Positions 6,385 through 13,838 of a stretch of 14,963 bases of DNA are shown piece by piece; positions within the stretch are counted from its first letter, which is position 1, and every line of letters starts with the position of its first letter. The notes beneath the pieces were generated by a model that was given only the letters and a program-made list of their open reading frames with translations, did no database searches and had not been told where the DNA came from. Made by a program: the position numbers and the translations under genes. Source of the DNA: a virus; the UHGV virus genome UHGV-0220714. One strand, 5' to 3'.

Positions 6385-6822
6385 TTATTTATTTGAGAAT
6401 TTTAGGAGTTGGAAAAGTATGATGCTTATATGCATCATTGATGAAGCTGATAGGCCGATCGATAAGGATGGCAACAAAGCAATTGGTTGCTTGCTTGTGG
6501 CCATTAAAAATAACCCCATAAAAAAAACAATGCCAAGCTCCGCAAAGGTCAGTGCATACAGAATAATGACAGATGTCATATATCCGTATGCCTTTACTTT
6601 TTGCATGTTTTTTCCTCTGATGCCTATGACAAACGTCAACGCGGCAATGAGTATTGCGATAGTGGTCCCTGCATATGAAGATATAGCTGCTCCCAGCGCG
6701 TCTCTGTGCTCGGTGAACGAAATTGCTGAGGTAAGGCTACGGAAAATGCAGTAAACGACAATAGTGAAAAGTATTGGTAAAGCGAATAGCAATACGCCGG
6801 GAACGATTTTGTGCTCTCTCAT
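6385..6822 (-). CDS. rexB: RexB-like inner-membrane protein, 145 aa, ~4 TM segments
   Basis: ORF track; four hydrophobic stretches; size and position (between repressor and PL, same strand as cI) match lambda RexB; remembered lambda RexB shares HRD.LGA..SSYAGT.IAILIAALTF. GGGAGG SD 4 nt upstream. Confidence 0.65.
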   Translation of the reverse strand: MREHKIVPGVLLFALPILFTIVVYCIFRSLTSAISFTEHRDALGAAISSYAGTTIAILIAALTFVIGIRGKNMQKVKAYGYMTSVIILYALTFAELGIVFFMGLFLMATSKQPIALLPSLSIGLSASSMMHISIILFQLLKFSNK

Positions 6823-6852
6823 ACGCCCTCCCTTACCCTTAGGTATTCACTC

Positions 6853-7683
6853 TTACTCGTCTTCACAAAAATCTTTATAACTTTTCATTATAACATTTTT
6901 CATTCTTATGTAGCAAATTTCCATTTCCTCTGCAATTTCTTCATTTGTCGATTTGTAAATGTTGGCACTGATGTGCCCCTTGCTTGAAAGGTAGTAGTCA
7001 GTTAGCAAATCAGCTGCGTACTCCTTCGCTTTAAGATGTATGTCACTATGAGAATCATCGGCATTACGAATCAGCTCCTTGGACATGTTGCTGATATTTC
7101 TCATTCTTTTTGGTTTTATTGTTATTTCCACACCTTCAAGAAGCTCTTCTTCGATGGTTTCGATCCCGGCAGCTCTCAGCAAAGGAGACAAAAGCTTGGA
7201 TCCAGACTCAACTCTTAAGGTTGTTCTACCGATGAACTCCATGTCGAGAGCATCATCCCTAGTTACGTCTCTCATCAGAGGTTCTAAACATAGCTTGAAT
7301 GGTTTTGTTATGTTCAATTTATTAGATAAGTAAATTTCAAGCTCACGAACTCTTGGCCCGTGCTGAGTGCAGGCATAACCAATGACGCCATCTTTGATCA
7401 ACAGGAATGATGGAAACGCTAGCGTTTCGTCACTGCCTAATACGTTTTTGATTTCATCGACTGAGAGCGTGGTTTTATTGACCCTTTTAACCAAGTCTGA
7501 GTCATATGTTTTTGTTATTAAATAACATTCTCTGCTAATGTGATGAGCAAATATAAAGTAATCATCAATCTCGAAGGCATTGTTTTTTGCTTTGATTACC
7601 TGTTCGGATAAGCCTGACACCAAATCAATAGGAAAACGTTCCTTACCGTTTTGTTGATAGGAGGCGTAAAAATTAAGTTTCAT
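6853..7683 (-). CDS. rexA: RexA-like protein, 276 aa
   Basis: ORF track; size and position match lambda RexA (279 aa); shared motifs recalled: FPSFL, EPLMR, FIGRTT, IKPK, YLS.KGH, EIAEEM. Confidence 0.65.
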   Translation of the reverse strand: MKLNFYASYQQNGKERFPIDLVSGLSEQVIKAKNNAFEIDDYFIFAHHISRECYLITKTYDSDLVKRVNKTTLSVDEIKNVLGSDETLAFPSFLLIKDGVIGYACTQHGPRVRELEIYLSNKLNITKPFKLCLEPLMRDVTRDDALDMEFIGRTTLRVESGSKLLSPLLRAAGIETIEEELLEGVEITIKPKRMRNISNMSKELIRNADDSHSDIHLKAKEYAADLLTDYYLSSKGHISANIYKSTNEEIAEEMEICYIRMKNVIMKSYKDFCEDE

Positions 7684-7814
7684 ATATCAATCCGTTATAT
7701 ATGGCGTAAGTCATTATATCGTTAAAGTGCATAAAATTTCTTTTTGCATTGAATGCAATGAATGTCGGCTTTAAACCTGCTGGTCACTCTACGCCCGGCG
7801 TACTTTTCCATCCA

Positions 7815-7833
7815 TCACCCAAACGTCTCTTCA
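7815..7833. repeat. 19-bp direct repeat copy 1 (tcacccaaacgtctcttca), 1 nt downstream of stop of gene 7835..8176
   Basis: Exact match to 8186-8204, read directly from sequence. Confidence 0.9.
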
Positions 7834-7834
7834 C

Positions 7835-8176
7835 TCATCCGAAGAAGCAGCAATCCGGGTCAGCACACACAAGCTCAAGCGCATCAGTCAGCGAAAGCTC
7901 AGTACTGTACTGATGCCATTTCATATCCTTCCGCATCCAATAGATTTTCCATCTATCCAGAGAACGTATGTACTTGATTCTTGCTGATGGCAGGATGTTT
8001 GTTTCACCAGGATTGCCCTGCCACACGGGGCGCTGTTCACCGATATCTATCGTTTGGTCATTGATGCTATAAACAATATCCAGTTCATTGCGGATATGTT
8101 CAGGCGGCCTTATGCTTTCAATGAATTGGTGAACTTCTTTTTTGACCGCTTGATATTCAAGGTCAGTGAACGCCAT
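7835..8176 (-). CDS. Hypothetical 113-aa protein inserted between cI and rexA-like (possibly DUF3024-like)
   Basis: ORF track; ATG 8176-8174 with GGAGGA ~5 nt upstream; aromatic-rich core (RWKIYWMRKDMKWHQY) and C-terminal CADPDCC; flanked by 19-bp direct repeats. Confidence 0.7.
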   Translation of the reverse strand: MAFTDLEYQAVKKEVHQFIESIRPPEHIRNELDIVYSINDQTIDIGEQRPVWQGNPGETNILPSARIKYIRSLDRWKIYWMRKDMKWHQYSTELSLTDALELVCADPDCCFFG

Positions 8177-8185
8177 CTATCCTCC

Positions 8186-8204
8186 TCACCCAAACGTCTC
8201 TTCA
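8186..8204. repeat. 19-bp direct repeat copy 2 (tcacccaaacgtctcttca), 10 nt upstream of start of gene 7835..8176
   Basis: Exact match to 7815-7833, read directly from sequence. Confidence 0.9.
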
Positions 8205-8236
8205 GGCCACTGGTTACCAGCTATGTGACGATGAAG

Positions 8237-8944
8237 TCACGAATTTTTCAGCCACTCCCTTGCCTCGATGTCATCCAGATGACGAGATTGCTTCAGAATA
8301 CCAGCCACATACTCCACCTTTGCTACTTGATGATAAGGCAACGTTATAGGCCTGTGGTCCTGGTTAATGCTTGTAAATTGGTATTCTCCATCTCTGTCAT
8401 AGCCAAGAACCTTAATCATGTTGTGTCCTTCAACGGTTCTGACAAACACCTCATCACCCGGGAATACTTTGGTGTTAGGCTCAATGAGTACATATTCTCC
8501 TGATTTTATTCTGGGCCACATGCTGTCTCCTTTCACACGAAGACCAAAGGCATCTGGATCATCGCTATAAATCTTGAGCCACCCATCGCGCTCTTCGGTC
8601 ATCTCGATGGCACCATCAACACCAAGAATTGCCTCACCAACCACGCGCACTAACCCTTTTTTTAATTTGCCAACAAATGAAAGAGTATCTTCATCATTCG
8701 CTCCATTTAACGAAGTGCCGTGCTGAAGCCAAACAACATCAACGTTTAGAAATTTCGCAAGCGCATTCATTTTTTCCTGACGCGGTAAAGACTCAGCATT
8801 AAACCATTTGCTAACGCCTTTGGACGAAAGAGAAAGGGCACGGGCTATGGCCATCCCCCTACCATGTTCATCAAGACCAGCTTCTTTACAGGCTTGCGCT
8901 AGCCGCTGGGCGAATTCTTTGCGCACTTTTTCATTCTGAACCAT
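8237..8944 (-). CDS. cI: CI-type prophage repressor (N-terminal HTH, C-terminal S24/LexA-like peptidase), 235 aa
   Basis: ORF track; GDSMWP serine motif and downstream K in C-terminal domain; divergent from cro across an operator region; no SD before ATG (possibly leaderless). Confidence 0.85.
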   Translation of the reverse strand: MVQNEKVRKEFAQRLAQACKEAGLDEHGRGMAIARALSLSSKGVSKWFNAESLPRQEKMNALAKFLNVDVVWLQHGTSLNGANDEDTLSFVGKLKKGLVRVVGEAILGVDGAIEMTEERDGWLKIYSDDPDAFGLRVKGDSMWPRIKSGEYVLIEPNTKVFPGDEVFVRTVEGHNMIKVLGYDRDGEYQFTSINQDHRPITLPYHQVAKVEYVAGILKQSRHLDDIEAREWLKNS

Positions 8945-8963
8945 GAGTACGATACTAAAGCAC

Positions 8964-9007
8964 TTGCAAAAACTTTCAGTTCAATCATAATGCGTACTGA
9001 AAGTACG
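8964..9007 (+). promoter_or_regulatory. PR promoter (-35 TTGCAA 8964-8969, -10 CATAAT 8986-8991) with overlapping dyad operator (OR)
   Basis: 16-bp spacer; inverted repeat ACTTTCAGT (8972-8980) / ACTGAAAGT (8996-9004) and palindrome CGTACTGAAAGTACG (8993-9007) overlap the promoter, upstream of cro. Confidence 0.5.
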
Positions 9008-9022
9008 AAAAAGGATATTCCT

Positions 9023-9250
9023 ATGCAAAATCTTGATGAGCCGATTAAAGGTGTCGGCATCCCTGAAGTTGCGAAGGCTTGTGGAGTTAGCGAAAGGGCT
9101 GTCTATAAGTGGCTTAAAAACGGCTTCCTCCCTAAGACTGAGTTTTTTGGGAAAACGAAATATGCATCAAAAATCGAAGAGATTTCTGGTGGCAAATATC
9201 AAGCAAGCGAAATGCTTGAAATAAGCAAAAAGAACCTTCTGGCTGCATAA
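9023..9250 (+). CDS. cro: Cro-like HTH repressor, 75 aa (start MQNLDEPIKG)
   Basis: ORF 8990..9250 trimmed to ATG 9023 with AAGGA SD; HTH segment IPEVAKACGVSERAVYKWLKNG; divergent from cI. Confidence 0.7.
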   Translation: MQNLDEPIKGVGIPEVAKACGVSERAVYKWLKNGFLPKTEFFGKTKYASKIEEISGGKYQASEMLEISKKNLLAA

Positions 9251-9257
9251 GTAACAT

Positions 9258-9292
9258 CGCTCTTTATCAATCTGCACCGCCGACAACGCGGT
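9258..9292 (+). promoter_or_regulatory. nutR site: boxA CGCTCTTTA (9258-9266) plus boxB-like hairpin ACCGC-cgacaac-GCGGT (9276-9292)
   Basis: boxA consensus-like; hairpin loop contains GACAA as in P22 boxB; located between cro and cII. Confidence 0.6.
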
Positions 9293-9304
9293 AACTAATT
9301 AAGC

Positions 9305-9322
9305 ACTCATCGAAAGATGAGT
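9305..9322 (+). terminator. Candidate tR1-like hairpin (ACTCATC-GAAA-GATGAGT) followed by U-rich tract
   Basis: 7-bp stem with GNRA loop, then attagtgattattta; between nutR and cII. Confidence 0.35.
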
Positions 9323-9356
9323 ATTAGTGATTATTTACCTATGGAAATAGTAAGAA

Positions 9357-9656
9357 ATGGAACAAACAAGTTACAGCAAACTATCACAGCGCGACGTTGA
9401 TCGCGCAGAAACAGATTTACTCATCAACCTGTCAACGCTTACCCAGCGCGGTCTGGCAAAGATGATTGGCTGTCATGAATCGAAAATAAGCAGAACGGAC
9501 TGGAGATTTATTGCTTCGGTTCTGTGTGCTTTCGGAATGGCATCAGACATCAGTCCGATTAGCAGGGCTTTTAAGTATGCGCTTGATGGACTCACCAATA
9601 AAAAACGCCCGGTGTGCAAGACCGAGCGTTCTGATCAAATACAAATGGAATTTTAA
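9357..9656 (+). CDS. cII: Transcriptional activator CII, 99 aa
   Basis: C-terminus LTNKKRPVCKTERSDQIQMEF closely matches lambda CII ILTNKKRPAATERSEQIQMEF (memory); HTH LAKMIGCHESKISR. Confidence 0.85.
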   Translation: MEQTSYSKLSQRDVDRAETDLLINLSTLTQRGLAKMIGCHESKISRTDWRFIASVLCAFGMASDISPISRAFKYALDGLTNKKRPVCKTERSDQIQMEF

Positions 9657-9667
9657 CAACATCCAAC
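9597..9667 (-). ncRNA. Candidate OOP-like antisense RNA overlapping the 3' end of cII
   Basis: Minus-strand -10 TATAAT (plus 9674-9679) in cII-rep intergenic region; minus-strand terminator CGCUCGG-loop-CCGGGCG-UUUUUUAUU at 9597-9628 (G-U wobble works only on minus strand). Confidence 0.4.
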
Positions 9668-9678
9668 GAGGTAATTAT

Positions 9679-9822
9679 ATGCGAAAAACGCAGGAAAATA
9701 AACGCGTTAATCACCGAAAAGATGTGCTACGTGACCAGTTTTATCAGGGGGTTAATCCAGCAATAGCTGTGCCACTGAGAGAAATACTTAACAGGTACAA
9801 AACTTCGGAGAAGTCAAAATGA
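9679..9822 (+). CDS. Possible small basic protein, 47 aa (MRKTQENKRVNHRKDVLRDQFYQGVNPAIAVPLREILNRYKTSEKSK)
   Basis: In-frame tail of ORF 9511..9822; ATG 9679 with GAGGT 7 nt upstream; stop overlaps next gene ATG (ATGA). Confidence 0.3.
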   Translation: MRKTQENKRVNHRKDVLRDQFYQGVNPAIAVPLREILNRYKTSEKSK

Positions 9823-10550
9823 GCATGAATCTTATGGCTAAGGCCATGAATATAAAGGTTGGCAACCCACTGAGAAAACTGGTTCTGATTAAACTTGCCG
9901 ATAACGCCAATGATAATGGCGAATGCTGGCCTTCATATCAACATGTCGCTGACCAGTGTGAGGTGAGCAGATCGACAGTAAAAAGTCACATTAGGGCACT
10001 GGAAGAGATGGGGCTTTTGAAAAGGGAATTCAGAAGAAAAGGAGAGCTTAACCAGTCAAACGTTTTTTATCTGACGCTGGATAATGCACAACAAATCCAA
10101 CCAGAATCAGGTGGGGCAGGAGCTGCCCCCAGAACCTATCACTCTTTTGAACCAGTCAATGAACCTAAAAACATTATGTTCGAACATGTCCGAACAGAGT
10201 GTGAAAAAACTCCTGACCGTCACGAAGAAACCGACAAGGCATTCGAGGAAATATTCTGGTGTGCAGGCATGCGGAAAGCCGGGAAGAAAAACGCAGCTTC
10301 AGCATTCAGAACACAGTTCAGGGAATGGCGTAAAACTACAAGGGGTACGGCAAGCGAGTTTGCCACGATGCTGGCAGAAGACATCGCATGCAGGAATGGT
10401 AAGCAGTTCGGATTCGACAGGTTGTTACCATCGAGCTACCTGAACGGTCAGCGCTGGAACGACGAAAAGCCAGAAACCATTCAACCACAATCCAAACCAT
10501 CATCCGCAATCACCGTATCGAAAACTGGCTACGTGTTTTTCGACAGGTGA
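9819..10550 (+). CDS. Replication initiation protein with N-terminal winged-HTH, 243 aa
   Basis: ORF track; N-terminal LADNANDNGECWPSYQHVADQCEVSRSTVKSHIRALEEMGLLKR resembles wHTH of phage replication initiators; sits directly upstream of primase-helicase. Confidence 0.65.
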   Translation: MSMNLMAKAMNIKVGNPLRKLVLIKLADNANDNGECWPSYQHVADQCEVSRSTVKSHIRALEEMGLLKREFRRKGELNQSNVFYLTLDNAQQIQPESGGAGAAPRTYHSFEPVNEPKNIMFEHVRTECEKTPDRHEETDKAFEEIFWCAGMRKAGKKNAASAFRTQFREWRKTTRGTASEFATMLAEDIACRNGKQFGFDRLLPSSYLNGQRWNDEKPETIQPQSKPSSAITVSKTGYVFFDR

Positions 10551-10657
10551 ACCATGAAATCAAAAATCAAATCGCTACTGGTCGCTGGTTATAACCACGG
10601 CTGGTTAAGTATTTCGTTTGTCGATTTCTGGTTTAAAAATCTCAATCTGAGGGAATC

Positions 10658-12538
10658 ATGACGCCAAGTGAACTTAGCGACCTGCTTTGGGCGCAGGTTG
10701 ACAGGGTGGCTCCGCACCTGTTGCCAAACGGCAAGAAAGAGGGGCATGAGTGGGTTGCCGGTAACGTCAACGGTGACAAGGGAAACAGCCTTAAGGTCAA
10801 CCTTAGCGGCAAGAAAAAATGGGCTGATTTCGCTGAGGGAGACGGCGGTGACATGCTTGATTTGTGGATGGCATGTCGTGGAATTAACCTGCATCAGGCT
10901 ATGCAGGAAGCGAAAGCATTTCTCGGTATCAAGGATGACGATCACCATTTCGATGCCAAACGTGAGAAAAAATTCTCCAGACCTGATCGCAAGAAAATCG
11001 CCCGCTACGTTACCAGAACAGAATCCCATCTTGAGTACCTGCAATCGCGTGGCATATCGCCAGAAATCGTAAAGCGCTACGAGGTTGTCAGCGGCAAGGT
11101 GTGGAATGGAGAGCGGGAACTGGATGCTCTGGTGATTCCGTACAAACGCGATGGTGAGTTGTTGCAGGTCAAGCGAATCAGCACTGAGCGCCCGGACGGG
11201 AAGAAAGTCATTATGGCAGAAGGTGATTGCGAACCTTGTCTGTTCGGATGGCAGGCTCTGGACGCTGGCGTGAGGGCGGTTGTACTTTGCGAAGGCGAAA
11301 TTGATTGTATGAGCTATGCGCAATACGGCATCTCGGCGTTATCCGTGCCGTTTGGTGGAGGGAAAGGCGCTAAGCAACAGTGGATTGAGTTTGAGTATCA
11401 CAACCTCGACAGGTTTGAGGAAATATTCATCTCGATGGACGTTGATGATGTTGGTCGTGAAGCCGCAAGGGAAATCGCAAGCCGACTCGGTGAACATCGT
11501 TGCCGTCTTGTTACTCTGCCGTGCAAAGACATCAACGAATGCCTGATGAACGGTGTTACCGAGGATGAAATCTGGCAGTACATCGGCACGGCATCCTACT
11601 TCGATCCTGAAGAACTCTACAGTGCGCGAGAGTTTTACCAGGACACTATCAACGCTTTCTACGGCAAGCAGCAGTATCTGTTTAATCCACCGTGGGAATC
11701 TCTGGCAGATAAATTCCAGTTCCGTGAGGCAGAGTTGACGCTGGTCAATGGTGTGAACGGTCACGGAAAAACGGAGGTTGTCGGGCATATGGCACTTGAG
11801 GCAATGCGTCAGGGTGTGAAGACGTGCATCGCGTCACTTGAGCTGAAGCCTGGTATTCTCCTTAAGCGCCTTACCCGTCAGGCGACGTGCTGCAAGATGC
11901 CGCCAGTGCTGGAAATTGACTCTGCATTTAAATTTTATGACGAAAGACTTTGGGTGTTTGGCCTGACCGGAACGGCGAAAGCCGACAGGCTGATCGAAAT
12001 ATTCGACTACGCTCGCCGCCGATACGGGATCCAGTTATTCATCATCGACAGCCTGATGAAATGTGGCATAGGCGACGATGACTATAACGGGCAGAAGGCG
12101 TTTGTTGACTCGATTTGCGATTTCAAAAACAAAACAAACTCCCACGTCATTCTCGTTACTCACTCGCGAAAAGGAGACAGCGAAGAAAAACCAACCGGGA
12201 AAATGGACGTAAAAGGCTCTGGAGCGATAACAGACCTGACAGACAACCTTTTCATCATCTGGCGTAATAAGGCTCGCGAGAGAGCGTTACAGAGAGTTCA
12301 GAGTGGTGAAAAGATGTCAGAGAAGGACGAACAGCTACTGGCATCTCCGGCATCTGTTTTGATGCTTGAAAAACAACGTAACGGCGAAGGTTGGGAAGGT
12401 GGTGTCCCGTTGTTCCTTGACGAGCAATCGCACCAGTTCCTGCAACTTGAATCAGGATCGCCATATAGCTACATCGCCAATATGCCGAAATCGGAATATG
12501 ACGAGGCGTGGCGACAAGAAAACGTGACGGAGTATTAA
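10658..12538 (+). CDS. Bifunctional DNA primase (Toprim) / DnaB-like replicative helicase, 626 aa
   Basis: ORF track; Toprim-like acidic motifs (LCEGEIDCMS, ISMDVDDVGREAA); Walker A NGVNGHGKTE and Walker B LFIIDSL in C-terminal half; GAGGGA SD. Confidence 0.85.
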   Translation: MTPSELSDLLWAQVDRVAPHLLPNGKKEGHEWVAGNVNGDKGNSLKVNLSGKKKWADFAEGDGGDMLDLWMACRGINLHQAMQEAKAFLGIKDDDHHFDAKREKKFSRPDRKKIARYVTRTESHLEYLQSRGISPEIVKRYEVVSGKVWNGERELDALVIPYKRDGELLQVKRISTERPDGKKVIMAEGDCEPCLFGWQALDAGVRAVVLCEGEIDCMSYAQYGISALSVPFGGGKGAKQQWIEFEYHNLDRFEEIFISMDVDDVGREAAREIASRLGEHRCRLVTLPCKDINECLMNGVTEDEIWQYIGTASYFDPEELYSAREFYQDTINAFYGKQQYLFNPPWESLADKFQFREAELTLVNGVNGHGKTEVVGHMALEAMRQGVKTCIASLELKPGILLKRLTRQATCCKMPPVLEIDSAFKFYDERLWVFGLTGTAKADRLIEIFDYARRRYGIQLFIIDSLMKCGIGDDDYNGQKAFVDSICDFKNKTNSHVILVTHSRKGDSEEKPTGKMDVKGSGAITDLTDNLFIIWRNKARERALQRVQSGEKMSEKDEQLLASPASVLMLEKQRNGEGWEGGVPLFLDEQSHQFLQLESGSPYSYIANMPKSEYDEAWRQENVTEY

Positions 12539-12808
12539 ATGAATAAAAAACAATTAGCCATTCTCGAAAAGGCATGGGATGCACAAATATCATGCGCTTT
12601 GAAAGAACAGGCACTACCAATAATCCAGACCAAATCGAAAATAGCCAGGCAGTTATGCGATGACGGATTCCTGAACGAAGTTGAGATTATGCACCAGATG
12701 GTAACGTTCAGAGGGTATGAGATAAATCATCATGGTATAGCGGCGTATTGCTCCCATCTTCCTGATGACGTTGACATTGATGAAATGGAAAGGGAGATGA
12801 AGCAATGA
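12539..12808 (+). CDS. Hypothetical phage protein, 89 aa
   Basis: ORF track; ATG immediately follows primase stop (TAAATG); GGAG 8 nt upstream. Confidence 0.55.
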   Translation: MNKKQLAILEKAWDAQISCALKEQALPIIQTKSKIARQLCDDGFLNEVEIMHQMVTFRGYEINHHGIAAYCSHLPDDVDIDEMEREMKQ

Positions 12809-12880
12809 CCATCTACATCACTGAGCTTGTAACAGGCCTGCTGGTAATCGCAGGCCTTTTTATTTGGGGGAGAGTAAATC

Positions 12881-13087
12881 GTGGCTGAGTTGATTTTTTC
12901 TGCATTGAGGATTCTCGGTGCTATGTGGATGGTGGCGACGTTCATTGTGGTTGCCAGCAGTTTTGTCCGGTTGGTAGGCGAAGGTAAAGACCTCGTGGGT
13001 GTGCTTTTCGGTAGCATTCTCCTGTGGGTGATTATCGGTGTTGCGCCTGTCGCTGTAGCAAAAATGGCGTGGCGTTTTGTGAGTTGA
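12881..13087 (+). CDS. Small hydrophobic protein, 68 aa, two predicted TM helices, GTG start
   Basis: ORF track; GGGGGAGAG SD 7 nt upstream of GTG; sequence almost entirely hydrophobic (MWMVATFIVVASSF..., LVGVLFGSILLWVIIGVAPVAVA). Confidence 0.4.
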   Translation: MAELIFSALRILGAMWMVATFIVVASSFVRLVGEGKDLVGVLFGSILLWVIIGVAPVAVAKMAWRFVS

Positions 13088-13104
13088 ACTGAGGGTAAGT
13101 ATCG

Positions 13105-13425
13105 ATGGACGAATCAAGAAAGCAGTTTGAAGAAAGTTGGTTGCGACGTGGAGGCGAATCATCAGACCTTATCCGTTACCCTGAAAATCACCATGAAATT
13201 GGCAGTGGTGATATTGGTGGTCAATACGTGATGGACGATGTTCAAGGCCACTGGCAAACGTGGCAGGCATCGCGAGCAGCTATTGAAATAACCGCGCCAA
13301 AGTTTATCGACAGCAGAGAAGCATTAGCCAAAGGGTTTACTGTTGATTATTCCAATGGCTTCGGTGATGCAATGGATGCTTATGAGGAAAACATCCGCGC
13401 TGCTGGAGTCAAAGTGAAGGAGTAA
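13105..13425 (+). CDS. Hypothetical acidic phage protein, 106 aa
   Basis: ORF track; GAGGGT SD upstream. Confidence 0.6.
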   Translation: MDESRKQFEESWLRRGGESSDLIRYPENHHEIGSGDIGGQYVMDDVQGHWQTWQASRAAIEITAPKFIDSREALAKGFTVDYSNGFGDAMDAYEENIRAAGVKVKE

Positions 13426-13427
13426 CG

Positions 13428-13838
13428 ATGAAGCAGACAATCTTCCTCCGAAGTAAGCAACAACAGCAAGCCGCAATCAACGCCATCCTCGCAACACCAC
13501 TCGATAAAGACAAGCCAGTCACCATCCGCATTACTGACTACAAGCGCAACCTTGACCAGAACGCGAAATTTCACGCGATGCTGGCGGATATCGCTCGTCA
13601 GGTTCAATGGTGCGGCAAATGGTTAAAACCGGAACAATGGAAGGTTTTGTTGATCAGCGGTCATGCAGTGGCAACAAACCTGGAAGCTGATGTTTTGCCC
13701 GGGCTTGAAGGCGAATACGTCAACATTCGTGAAAGCAGCGCGCAGATGAGCGTGAAGCGCATGGCAAGTCTGATCGAGTACACAACAGCCTGGGCTATTG
13801 GTCAGGGTGTCAGATTTACCGACAGGAGGTACGAATGA
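13428..13838 (+). CDS. ninB: NinB (Orf-family recombination mediator), 136 aa
   Basis: AAGGAG SD; motif [32 protein letters not shown] parallels lambda NinB SLDQNRKLWACLGDVSRQVEWHGRWLDAESWK (memory). Confidence 0.8.
   Translation: MKQTIFLRSKQQQQAAINAILATPLDKDKPVTIRITDYKRNLDQNAKFHAMLADIARQVQWCGKWLKPEQWKVLLISGHAVATNLEADVLPGLEGEYVNIRESSAQMSVKRMASLIEYTTAWAIGQGVRFTDRRYE

Noticed and set aside
8054-8503. 149-aa plus-strand ORF
   Set aside because: Antisense to the cI repressor and the inserted 113-aa gene; no SD; Leu/Phe-rich composition typical of an antisense frame.
9511-9678. 5' part of ORF 9511..9822 overlapping cII in another frame
   Set aside because: Overlaps the conserved cII C-terminus; only the portion from ATG 9679, which has an SD, is a plausible separate gene.
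10589-11323. 244-aa minus-strand ORF and nested ORFs 10642..10854, 10668..11072
   Set aside because: All lie inside the primase-helicase gene in other frames or antisense; the primase frame has recognisable Toprim motifs while these do not.
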